Positions 12,984-24,611 of a stretch of DNA of 64,000 nt are shown here, piece after piece. Position numbers and translations under genes: made by a program. Below the pieces are notes generated by a model that had not been told where the DNA came from, did not search any database, and saw only the letters and a list, made by a program, of their open reading frames with translations. Positions within the stretch are counted from its first letter, which is position 1. The number at the start of each line of letters is the position of its first letter. Source of the stretch: Mobula hypostoma (lineage: Eukaryota); the NCBI RefSeq assembly GCF_963921235.1, contig NC_086101.1:70184001-70248000 (forward strand). The letters are read 5' to 3'.

Positions 12984-14443
12984 TATAGAGCACCATTACT
13001 TTAATTCCTGATGTAGAAATCACTTTGGGATGACTAAGGGGACATGCCATAGGAAATGCTGGAAACACTTAGCAGATCAATCAGCATCTGTGGGGGGAAA
13101 TGAATAGTTTTTTTAAAGCTTTCAAAGTCTGGGAATGTTCCTTTTCCACAAATGATACCTGGCCTGCTAAGATTTCAGATCTGAAGAGGAGGAATTTGCA
13201 GAATGCCTACAAGATGGCCTTTTAGAGCAGTTTGTGGCTGACCCCGTTAGGGGAAAAGCAATTCTGTACTTGGTGCTGTGCACATTTGATTAGGGAGCTT
13301 AAGGTAAAGGAACCTTTAGGCAGACAGTGGTCTTAATATGACAGAGTTCACCTCTACAATTTGAGAGGGAGAGGTTAAAATCTGATGTGTCCGTATTACA
13401 GTTGAGCAAAGGAAACTACAGAGGAATGAGAGAGGAGCTGGCCAAAGTTGATTGGAAGGGGACATCAGCAGTGATGACAGTATAGTGGCATTGGCAAGAA
13501 TTTTTGGGAGTAATTCAAAAGATGTAAGATAATTTCATCCAAAAGAAGACACATTCTTGGTAGAGGATGAGACAACATTGGCCGACAAGAGAAGTCAAAT
13601 GCAGCATGAAAGCAAAAGAGAGGCACACAATATAACAACAATTAGTGGAGAGCTGGAGGACTGGAAGCTTTGAAAAACCAACACAAGGCAACTAAAAAAG
13701 CAATAAGGGGAGAAAAGATAATATATGAAGGTAAACTGGCTAATAATATAAAAGAGGATACCAAAGTTTTTTCAGAAAAATAAAGAGTTTTTAAAAAATA
13801 AGGCAGGAGTAGCTTTTGGACAGCAAGAAGATGACACTGGAGAAGTAGTAATGGGGAACAAAGAAATGGCAGACAAACTGAGAAAGTATTTTGCACCATC
13901 AGTCTGTGGAAGACTTCAGCAATGTACTGGAGAGTCTAGGCAGAAACGAGTGTAGTCATTATTACTAAGGAGAAGGTGCTTGGGAAGCTGAAAGGTCTGA
14001 AGGTGAATGTATCAGCTGGACAGGATGGACTACACCCTCGGGTTCTGGAAAAGGTGAGGTAAGGCAGTAGCCAGACCACACTTGGGATCATTGCGAGCAC
14101 TTGGGTCCCATATTTAAGGAAGGATGCGGAGACAATCAAGACGAGGTTTATGAGAATGATCCTGGGGACGAAACAGTTAACATGCGAAGAGTGTTTGATA
14201 CCTCTGGGCCTGGACATGCTGGAGTTTAGAACGATGTTCTCATTGCAACCTACTGAATACTGAAAGGTCTACATAGAGTGAACATGGAGAGGAGAGTCTA
14301 GGACCAGAGGGCACAGCCTCGGAATAACATGACTCCTTTTAGAACAGAGATGAGGAATTTCTTCAGCCAGTGGGTGGTGAATCTGCAGAATTCATTGCCA
14401 CAGTCAGCTGTGGAGGCCAAAATATGTTCATGATTAGTAATTA

Positions 14444-15596
14444 CTAGACAACCAGGTGACCCATTGGGGCACCTTTTGAGAGAAAGGTAGTGCAGTGTGA
14501 TGTCATGTGCTTTGGAAATTAAAGAAGAGGAAGTCACTGTATTAAAGAAGAAAGACGCATAGCAAAGACAAATATTGTTCCTCCTCGTTTAACGAAGGAC
14601 ACTTTTTATGAGCACATTTCTGGTTTATCGAAGGACGCTTTTTATGACCATATCTCTTGCAATAATTACTCTGTGCTGCATATTCTCGAGTTGATCTTCC
14701 CTTTTCTCCTCTGTCTCTTCCTCTCTCCTCTTTCTCTGCCTGTTTTTGTCATTTTGGACACGTGCAGCCCTTTCATCCTTCATCTCTTCTACCATTTGTT
14801 CTTTCTCTCTGATCCTGGAGTCGTGCGGCCCTGGCCTGATCGGATTCTTGTTCTCTCCTGTCTGTGCCTATTGTTGTCATTTTGGAGACGTGCATGCCTG
14901 TCCTCCTCTGTCTCGTCTTCTCTCATCTTTTTTGTCCTGACTCTTTGATCCTGGAGTCGTGCAGCCCTGGCCTCATCTGATTGTTGTTCTCTCCCTCTCC
15001 TTGCCGCTTTCTGATGACGTTTGGCGTCATCTCTTGACCATAATGTCCCCCTTCTCTTTCCACACGACATAATTAGGCTATCCATATATTTTTACCCTAA
15101 TGCTTTATAGAAGATAGGAAGCAGTAACACCAAAGCCTCCAAGATGCTGTTGTTTCTTGATGATATGGTTGGTGCTCTCCTAAATGGACGTGATAGCTCT
15201 GCCCTTTTGCTACGGTTGGTGTGGCTGCTGTGAGCATTGTGAGGTGCTGCTGAGGCTGGCCGTGTGCATGCGTCAGGCTGTGGCGTTGTGGTCTCCATGT
15301 AAGGGTGAAGCGGCTCTGTGAGTATCATGAGGCACTGCTGAGGCTGGCCGTGCGCATGCGTCGGGCTGTGGTGTCCCAACTTCCATGATGGCCGATCGGG
15401 TCTCGGGTGAAAGGCAGCTTGTTAATTTTTGGTGAATGAGCAATTTTATACGAATATATAACCCTGAGCTTTGCCTGCATTCTGTAAGTTAGCGCATTTT
15501 AATTCAATTTAGCCGAAAAAAGTGCCGCTGTAATGCATCGTTTGCGCTAATTGAAGGTGACAAACAGACAGAGCATGAGAATTTTAGTAGTATAGA
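14444..15596 (-). mobile_element. Non-autonomous Helitron (rolling-circle element), 1153 bp
   Basis: The minus strand begins TCTATACTACTAAAA...CTGTCTGTTTGTC and ends CTAG followed by T. Subterminal hairpin GGTGACCC-ATT-GGGGCACC (14455-14473) lies 7 nt from CTAG. No TSD, and removing it restores CR1 continuity. Confidence 0.8.
14700..15085 (-). pseudogene. Helitron-borne ORF remnant with ~23-aa STPR-like charged repeats
   Basis: ORF 14789-15085 reads QSDEARAARLQDQRVRTKKMREDETEEDRHARLQNDNNRHRQ. After a frameshift it continues ESDQARAARLQDQRERT...DEDERAARVQNDKNRQ. Confidence 0.6.
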
Positions 15597-16484
15597 AGTC
15601 AAAGGCTGTGGGGAGAAGGCAGGAGAATGGGGTTCAAAGGGCAAAGTAAATCGCTGTGATTGAAAGGCACAGCAGACTCGATGGGCCATATGGGTAACTC
15701 TGCTCCTGGTCTTATTTACAGAGGTTTCATTTTAACAATAGGAAGTACCTGGTTGATAGGTGTAATTTGACCTGGAAGTGGTTGCACATGTAATTTACAC
15801 TAAGAAATTGATTTTCATTTGCTGAAAAAAATGTTGCAACGTGATCCACTAATGGGTTTTGAATTAAGACTGTCCTCTGGATACATGACGGTCAACTTCA
15901 CCCATTTGAAGGGACCATCTCAGGCCTGTTATGAAAACTGAACAGATTCAATGATTTATTCTACAGATAATTCAAAGCATGTTTTATGCTTGCCCATAAA
16001 GAAAACAAATAACGCCGTTGATATTCGACTGCTAAGAACAACGTACAGAATTATTGAATCACACATGCAAAGTGCTGGGGGAACTCAGGAAGTCAGGCAA
16101 CATCTATGGAGGGGAATAAAGAGTTGGCGTTTAGCACTGGGACTCTCCATGGGTATCGGGAAGGAGCACAGGCCGACAGGTGATATGTCGCACGGTCTGA
16201 GTCAGAGAGCAGCAGTGATCACTGATTGGGAGCAGAGAGAGAGGATCTCACTGATCTGCCATTGAAGACAAGATTTAATAAACAGAATGGTTGTTGCCTT
16301 TCTGGGTTAAAATGTCAGGATGCCATTTATTATAGGGAACAGCATTTCAGAAGATCTCCAATGAGGATCCGTTTGAAAGCACAGCGTTGTATTTGCAATA
16401 TTTTCCTTTGAAAATATTCATATTGTACCACCAGATGTTTACTTTTAACATATCTGATCAAAAATTAGAATTACTAAAGCAAAC

Positions 16485-16587
16485 TAGTCCTGGCGAAGAG
16501 TCTCGGCCCGAAACGTCGACTGTACCTCTTCCTAGAGATGCTGCCTGGTCTGCTGCGTTCACCAGCAACTTTGATGTGTGTTGCTTC
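16485..16587 (+). mobile_element. Mini-PLE terminal fragment starting at hammerhead stem I (core mutated to CUGGCGA)
   Basis: TAGTC-CTGGCGA-AGAGTCTCGGCCC-GAAAC-GTC-GACTG followed by the PLE 3' tail. Confidence 0.85.
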
Positions 16588-17589
16588 AAGGAACTGCTTT
16601 ACAGATAGCAAATGAGTTGTCTGAAACCACATTTGTATTACTGTTCTATCACCTCATCTCTTACCTTAGGAATATACCTTACAGTCTGCTTTTGATCGTC
16701 TGCAATGTGCAATTGTGACGTTTTTCTCAAAATATTATGGTTCAGTTTGCTTAGCTACAATATAATCAAAATATGCTAGTTAGTGTTCAGTGGGTGAGAG
16801 AGACCTGAAGGTGTAAATGCCACACCATCAGCCTTTCAAACTACCTCACAAAAACAAAATGCCCAATTTTCTCATCTGTATTTCATGCTCTTTGTTCAAA
16901 CAATGACATAAATCAGAGGCAGATTAGAAACTGTCAGAACCAATCATAGATTGGAGGGCAGTACTAGAAATTGTCAGAACTAATTAATCACATGTTTTCT
17001 CCCATTATTAGCTGCATTTGAAGCTAAAATGTTTTGATGATCAGCTGCTGGATGCTGTGAGAGATATTAATATTTACAGTTTGTTCCAAAATACTGCTTT
17101 AAATCAAACTACAGAATGTAATTATTACACACTTTTCCCAAAAGTACTCACTGGGGCAGGCAAAGTAGCTTTCTAATTAAAATCTGTTTACTTCAAGACT
17201 GAATGAATTTTGTATGTTTTGACTTAATCGGAAAAGTTTCTTGCTATGAATATATAAGCATCCTTTATTCAACATTACTGCCAAAACATTAGACAGAATA
17301 ATATATGTAGTAACTTTGGAACAAAAGTTCTTAGCTACTTTTTCAGGGATACCGAATTAACCAATGCATTGCTCCTTTACGCTATTGTTTCCCCCGGGTA
17401 TTAGCACAGGTACATTCACTCGGAGCAGTATCTAATGGGACCATGCAGGAAAAATATGAGGCCTAGGTACTAGATCATGTAATGCTCTTTACTTCATTGT
17501 TACACAAAACAAGATCTTTTGTTCCAAATATAAATGATAAATGAGTTTCCAGGTAATTTTATATCATGCTGCAAATTTGAAGTGTTGAG

Positions 17590-18200
17590 CGCATGAACAT
17601 ATGAATTATGAGCAAGAGAATGCCATGGCCACTCAAGTCTCCTTCATCAATTAGTTAGATAATGGCTGATTGTAACCTCATCTCTGAATTCCTATCTACC
17701 AGTGGTAGCCTTTTGTTACCATGGTCATCAATAAATGATCCACCTTTGCTTTACAAATATTCAAACTCTGCTTCCATCGCTTTTTCAAAAACAGAGTTCC
17801 AAAAGCACGCAAACTTCTAAGTAGGAAAAAAAACTCATCTCTGCTTTAAACGGATGACCCTTAGTTTTCAAACTTGAAAGCAACACACACTAAATGCTGG
17901 AAGAACTCAACAGGCCAGGCATCATCTGTAGAAAAGAATACACGATCGACTTTTTGGGCCAAGACCCCTTCATTAGGTCCTGATACCTCTTTTCTGTAGA
18001 TGCTGCCTGGCCTGCTGAGTTCCTCCAGCGTTTTTTGTATGTGACCCTTAGTTCTATCAGTTGCTTCTATATTTAGATTCTCCCTCAAGGGGAAACATTC
18101 CCCTAATGCCCATATATACCCTATCAAGACCCGTCAGGATTTTACGTGTTCCAGACAAGTCCCCCTCACTCTTCTAAATTCCAGCAGATACAAGGTTAGC
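17590..18200 (-). mobile_element. CR1 3' fragment, old
   Basis: CR1 3'-end sequence and tandem tail; interrupted at 17867-18041. Confidence 0.6.
17867..18041. mobile_element. Fold-back (inverted pair) mini-PLE insertion
   Basis: Arm ~17881-17935 is the approximate reverse complement of ~17985-18043. 12-bp duplication TGACCCTTAGTT at 17855-17866 and 18042-18053. Confidence 0.8.
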
Positions 18201-18872
18201 CTCTCTGGCTGCTTCCTGGTATGCATCACGTTTGTGCAGATGACTCTTTTCTGGCACTCGATTGAAACCTGATGATGTCTCTCCTTGCAAGCATCTTTTC
18301 TATATTTACTAGGTGAAATTCAGTGATGTTTTTGCAAAATGTACCTGGTGCTGGTTACTCAGCAACGAGCCAGCTCTTTACAATGCTACTTGCCCTGTAG
18401 TTCTATTGTTTATGCTTGGCAGTCCTTAAGGATAATGATGTAGCTGGGTAAGTTAAGGGGACATTCACACTTTAACCCAGGACTGTCCCAGTATTCTGCA
18501 CACTCATCTTGATAAAGTTTAAGGGGAATGGGGGATTCTCAGATTCCTGTGAACAATGGATTAAGTACTGACTATGTCTGTGACTGCAGTGTGATTGAAT
18601 AATGTCTCACAGCTGCTTTCTTTGGAGCAAGATGATTAGAGTTCGCCCAGATCCATGTAAGATGTCTCTGGGCTTTTCAAACCTTTTGATTTTGACAAAA
18701 AGCAGTACCTGATGGAAATTAGACAGAACATTCAAAAGTGGAAAGGGTGAGCAGTTTCATGTTCTTGGACAAAGCATAAATTTGACGGATGTTCTTATCT
18801 TTGTAATTAAGTTGTGGCTCCAGCAAACCATGTAGGACATTCCCTTTTTATTTAAGGTGGCTGGAGTGTCTA

Positions 18873-19003
18873 ACAAATTGATTGTACTTTTGTATCAATA
18901 GTCCATTGACTTGACTGGGATAGTTATCAAACTGATTGTTCTCTGTATCAATAGTCCATTGACTTGACCGGAATGGTTATCAAACTGATTGTTCTTTTGT
19001 ATC
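18873..19003 (+). repeat. ~53-bp tandem repeat x2.4 within a putative LTR
   Basis: Unit approximately CAAA(T/C)TGATTGT.CT.TGTATCAATAGTCCATTGACTTGAC.GG.AT.GTTAT. Followed by TATAA (~19011) and AATAAA (~19127). Confidence 0.7.
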
Positions 19004-19494
19004 GGTGGCCTTATAAGTTCTGACAATTCTGACATCAGGCAGTGAACTTGTAGAACCGCCGGGGAGATGAGAAAGGGTCTCTCCCTGATGTCGGGTCCAA
19101 GTTCACTCGCCGGCTGAGCTTGAAGAAATAAACGGGTGAAAAGATAAGTAACGATCTTTTTGTGCTGTCGTTATTTGATCCAGCAAAGTTACGTTTACAA
19201 TCTAAAGAATGCCAATGCAATCGGAAACCTACTCCCTATCATCACTGAAATTAGGATTTGCTCCATTCTCACTTCCAAGTGTGCATTCTACTTAGTGTCC
19301 CTGGGATTGGAGCAGTGGTATCAGTAGGGTAACTGATGTGAACAGAGACCCTCAGCAAGGATATGTGGAAAGGCTCACTCTGCAAGGGTTTACACTCTGA
19401 TCTCAACACCACCAAAAAGAAATGTATGTGCAGGCTAAGGTTTACCACATCAGACAGCACAGAACGAAGGCTCGTATGTGCTAGTTTTGTACTG

Positions 19495-22150
19495 AATCAA
19501 CAGAATCAGGTTTAATATCACCGGCCTATGTCATGAAATATGTTAACTTTATAGCAGCAGTTCAATGAAATACATGATAAATAAATATAGAGAAAAAACT
19601 GAATTGCAGCAAATATATATGTCTATTAAATAGTCAAGTTAAAATAAGAAGTGCAAAAACAGAAATAATAATAAAGTGAGGTAGTGTTCACAGGTTCAAT
19701 ATCCATTTAGGAATCGGATGTCAGAGGGGAAGAAGCTGTTCCTGAATCACCGAGTGTGTGCCTTCAGGCTTCTGTACCTCCTTCCTGACAGTAACAATGA
19801 GAAGAAGGCATGTCCTAGGTGGTGGTGGTCCTTAGTGACGGACACTGCCTTTTAGAGGCACTATTCCGTGAAGTTATCCTGGATACTACAGAGAATGAGA
19901 ACCACGTTTAATATCACTGTCACAGGTCATGAAATTTGTTGTTTTCCGGCAGCAGTACTTTGCAATACATAGTATTAAAAACTACAAATTACAATAAGAA
20001 ATATATATATATAAAGAAAATAAAATTGAATCAATAAATAGTACAAAAAGAGAGAGAAAATAACACTGAGGTCGTGTTCATGGGTCTGTTGTCCATTCAG
20101 AAATCTGATGGTGGAGGGGGAACAAGTAGTTTCTGGAATGTAGCAATGAGAAGAGTGCATTTCCTAGATGATGGGGGTTCTTAATGATGGATGCTGCCTT
20201 TTTGAGGCATTGACGTTTGAAGATGTCCTGGATGCTGGGGAGGCTGGTGGCCCTGATGGAGCTGACTTAGCTGACGAACTTCTGCAGTTTTTTCCAATCC
20301 TGTGTGATAGCCCCTCAATATCAGACAGTGATGCAACCAGATAGAATGCTGTCCATGGTAAATCTGAAGAAATCTGTGAGTGCCTTTTGTGAAATACCCA
20401 TTCTCCTCAAACTCCGAAGGACATATTCCCTCTGTTGTGCCTTCTTTGTAACTGCATCAATACAGTGGGCCCAGGATAGATCCTCAGAAATGGTGATACC
20501 CAAGAACATGAAACTGCTCACCCTTTCAACTTCTGATCCCTTAATGAGGAGTGGCACATGTTCCCTCAACTTCTCCTTCCTGAAGTCAACAATCAGTTCC
20601 TTGGTCTTATTGATGTTGAGTGCAAGGTTGTTGCAGCTGATCTATCTCACTCCTGTACACTTCCTTATCACCATGCAAACTTCTGCCAAAGGTAGTTGTG
20701 TCATCAGCAAATTTATAGTTGGCATATAAGCTGTGCCGAGCCAGATAATCATGGGTGTAGAGAGAGTAGAGCAGTGGGTTAAGCACACATCCTTGAGGTG
20801 AGCCAGTGTTGATCGTCGGCCATGAGGAAATGTTATTTCCAATCTGCACTGACTGTGATCTCCCGGTGAGTAAGTCAATGATACAGTTGCAGAGGGAGGT
20901 ACAGAGGCAGTTCTCGGAGCTTGTTCATTAGGAATGAGGGTATGGTTGTGTTGAATGCAGAGCCGTAGTGAATGAACAGCAGTCTGATGTAGATATTACT
21001 ATTGCCCAGGTGATCCAAGGGCGAGTGGAGAGTTTGCATCCACAGTAGACTTCATGTGGTGGCAGGCAAAATGCAACAGGTCCACGTCCTTGCCTAGGCA
21101 GGAGTTGATTCCAGCCATTACCAGCCTCTCAAAGCACTTCATCACAGAAGATATGAGTGTCATGGGGCGATATTTGTTGTAGCTCTTCTTGGGCATTGGT
21201 CTGATTGTTGTCCTTTTGAAGCAGATGGGAGCCTCCAACTGCAGCATTGAGAGATTCAGTATAACCTTGAATGTTCCCGCCAGTTGGTTGGCACGAATTT
21301 TCAGAGCCCTACCTAGTGCACCATCAGGGTCTGGTGGCTTACAAGGATTCGCCCTCTTGAAAGATGTTCTGATGTCGGCCCTCAGAACAGAGATCACAGG
21401 GTCACCAGATACTGCAGGGATTTGCACAGGTGTAGTTTTATTCTCCCTTTCAAGGTGTGCATAAAAGACGTTAACCTCATCTGGGAGTGAAAGATCAGTG
21501 CCATTCATGATGTTAGGTTTTGCTTTGTAGGAAGTAATAGCCTGCAAACTTTGCCAGAGCTGACATGCATCAAATCTGTCTTTAACCCTAAAATCTCTCA
21601 CCCCTAAAATAGGCTTCCATAGGAAGTGCTTGGACTTCTTGTATAGTCCTGGATCACCAGTCTTGTATGCTACAGAACTAGCTCTCAGCAGACTACGAAT
21701 CTCTTGATTCATCCATGGCTTTTGGTTTGGATATGCCTGATGTGTTCTCAAAGGCACACACTCATCCACACAGATAATGATGAAGTTGGTGATAATGGTG
21801 GGGTGTTCATTCAGACTCGAAGTTCAATCTCTGAATATTGTCTAGTCCACTGACTCAAAGTAGTCCTGTAAGCGCTCCTCTGCATCCCTTGTCCATACCT
21901 TTTTGGTCCTCAGCACCAATGCTACGTTCTTCAGTCTCTGCCTATACGCTGGGAGCAGAAGTACAGTAGAAGATCAGACCTTCCAAGTGTTGGCACAGTA
22001 AGCATTCTTGACGGTGGTATAACAGTGATCGAGTATGTTGGCTCTTCTGGCTCCACAGGTAACATGTTGGTCGTAATTGTTCAGAGACTTCTTCAAGCTG
22101 GCCTGGTTGAAATCTCCTGCAATGGTGGGGAGTGCCTTCCCTATCGTTAA
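19495..22150 (-). mobile_element. Rex1/Babar LINE(s), decayed ORF2 with two stacked 3' ends
   Basis: ORFs 21974-22285 (IAGDFNQASL...ILDHCYT, APE endonuclease end), 20999-21769, 20607-20849 ([25 protein letters not shown]) and 20321-20569 (VERVSSFMFLG..SEDLSW). Tails near 19495 and 19895. Confidence 0.9.
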
Positions 22151-22853
22151 CATCATGAACCTTAAGGCTAATTTTAGGTGGTTGTAGCTGATGTATGTAA
22201 TTTCCTTGTCACACAAGCTGCAGAGTAGTACAGAAGTCACTATTCTGTAACAGAGTGGCAAAACTTTATGAGAGCGTGTTCCCAAATTGGCAATAATCTT
22301 CTAAAAAAATTCTGTCGCATGCCATAGTAATTTTGAGCAGAGATTATCATTGATTAATGAATTAGTAATGTTAATTATGGACTTTTTTTTAAGGAATAGA
22401 GACGTGTCTAGTTGCTTATTTTATGTATTTGTTGTTTTACTATTAATAACAATATAATAGAGACATTGAAATAAATGAAGCATTTAAAAAAAATTGTTTG
22501 AAAATTAATAAGATTAATCTTTTTAAAAAGACAATTGAAAAATCATAATAGTTTTATTATTCTAACTTTTTTTCTGAAATATTGATATGTACATGGTTCT
22601 GTGAGAATTTGAAACTGTCTCATCCAATGTCACTTATTCTTGCAACCATCTAGCAGGTGCGTAGCCTACATGAGGCATTTTCTGTGGAAACATTTCACTG
22701 CTCTTGAGTTGTTTAAAAAAATCATTCGCTGTTTCATGCCATGCACCAACACGATTTTTGCTAATGCCACCTTGGGCACATGTTCACTGCTCCTGCTGGA
22801 GATGTGACTTCCTATACGTTCTCCTTCAGAAGTGAAGAAGATGCAGATAGGTG

Positions 22854-23235
22854 CAATACACATCAAAGTTGCTGGTGAACGCAGCAGGCCAGGCAGCATC
22901 TCTAGGAAGAGGTACAGTCTACATTTCGGGCCGAGACCCTTCGTCAGGACTAACTGAAAGAAGAGCTAGTAAGAGATTTGAAAGTGGGAGGGGGAGGGGG
23001 AGATCCAAAATGATAGGAGAAGACAGGAGGGGGAGGGATGGAGCCAAGAGCTGGACAGGTGATTGGCAAAGGGATATGAGAGGATCATGGGACGAGAGGA
23101 TCATGGGACAAGAGCCCCAGGGAGAAGGAAAAGGGGGAGGGGGGGAAACCCAGAGGATGGGCAAGGGGTATCGTCAGAGGGACAGAGGGAGAAAAAGGAG
23201 AGAGAGAGAAAGAATGTGTGTATATAAACACACAT
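22854..23235 (-). mobile_element. PLE pseudo-LTR / 3' UTR copy with hammerhead
   Basis: Highly similar to the reverse complement of 31300-31650. Contains a tandem duplication of GAGAGGATCATGGGAC. Confidence 0.9.
22915..22952 (-). ncRNA. Minimal type-I hammerhead ribozyme motif (GUA triplet variant)
   Basis: Minus strand: TAGTC CTGACGA A GGGTCTCGGCCC GAAA T GTA GACTG. Confidence 0.65.
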
Positions 23236-24611
23236 AAAAATGATGGGTGCAGTGATTTGCCAGCATTTTGGATGATCTCAGTATTCAGGTTGTTATAGCC
23301 AAATTTTATTGTACTCTGGACTCCACTTAAGAATCTCGAGTTCTTCATGTCAATTTTCAAGTCACTACGTGTCTCCCTAAAAAGAGATGATGCTGAATGT
23401 ACTGGTTGGGGATACTCTCTGGTATTCCTTTGACAAAACTTCCTACTCTGAAGTGATCTGCAGACCATTTGCTTGAGGGCCACCAACAAGTGGAGGAGAA
23501 AGGGGAAAAGGAAGAGAGCAAAAAGAGTCACAATCATCTGCACAGTCAACAGAAATCAGCAGGAAGTGACAGTGGAAATGGTATTGAATCAAGGTGCTTT
23601 CTGGATATGCAGTCTAGATGATTCATAGAGTACAGATTGTTATGATTTGTATAATGCTCTGGGTTTGCAATCCTGTCATAGATAGCTACCAGTGTTGGAC
23701 TATTTTCCTGTAAGGATGCTACATCTACTTTCTATCTCAGAAGAAACCAAGGTGGCAGCTTAAACAATCTTCAATGTTCCTCTTCGATGGAACATATATG
23801 CAAAAGATTGGATGTAGAGAGAAAGTTTCTCCTAACGGTAAAATCTAGAGCTAGAGGTCAATAAATTTCATGCCACTTAAATCGGGATAATAAGCACGAT
23901 TCTGATTCTGATTTACTATCATTTTAGTTTCCATTTATGATAGAGATGAAACAATTTTCTCTCAGAACACTATGAGCCTTAAATCTACTTTGCTGGTTAT
24001 CAGTTTGGAAGGAAGTTAATTTTTAAGCAAAAAAAAAGTGTAGGTGTGGGTAACCTGAAATAGAAATAGGAAATTCTTGAGAGAGCCACTCTGCCATTTC
24101 CTTTCTGCTGAAGGATATGTGGAGACAGTCATATCTCCAGTATGCCCACGATGGCATGGACAGAATTTTGTTGGTATGTGGCATGCAGTGCCAAACGAAA
24201 CAGCGAATGATTTTTTTACTACTCAAAAGTTGTTTGACATAGAGGTGAGTAGAGGCAATTACTTCTCCTGGGATACAGTGACCTCAGTAATGATATAGAT
24301 AGAGGGAAAAGGTGATTTTCCATTACAGCATGGAAGAGTTTTTAAGAAGTATTTTTCATAACATACCTGGAGAAATATCCATTGGGAATAACTGCATCAT
24401 TCAGTGCATATACCTTTTGAACACCTTTGTTTCCTCATACAAATCTCTGACAGACATTTTACATTTAGATTCTTGTAACAACCTAAATCCTGTAGTGGTG
24501 TTGCAAGAGACAAAATATTCACATGTGGCTGAGGTACTAATAATTGCTATTCTTTTTTAAAAATCCTTACCTTTTGTACTCTTTCATTTGGTAAAATGTA
24601 ATCACTGTCAT

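Larger units (their letters stand above)
13180..15715 (+). mobile_element. CR1 LINE, internally deleted, split by a Helitron at 14444-15596
   Basis: CR1 motifs (EFAECLQDGLLEQFV, DGLHPRVL, RNFFSQWVVNL). The 3' end resumes at 15597 (GTCAAAGGCTGTGGGGAGAAGGCAGG...). Confidence 0.8.

Noticed and set aside
22851-23237. Recurrent similar ORFs (also 31307-31657, 31368-31694, 57914-58198) as a small protein family
   Set aside because: They are translations of the PLE non-coding terminal repeat, with variable frames and lengths.
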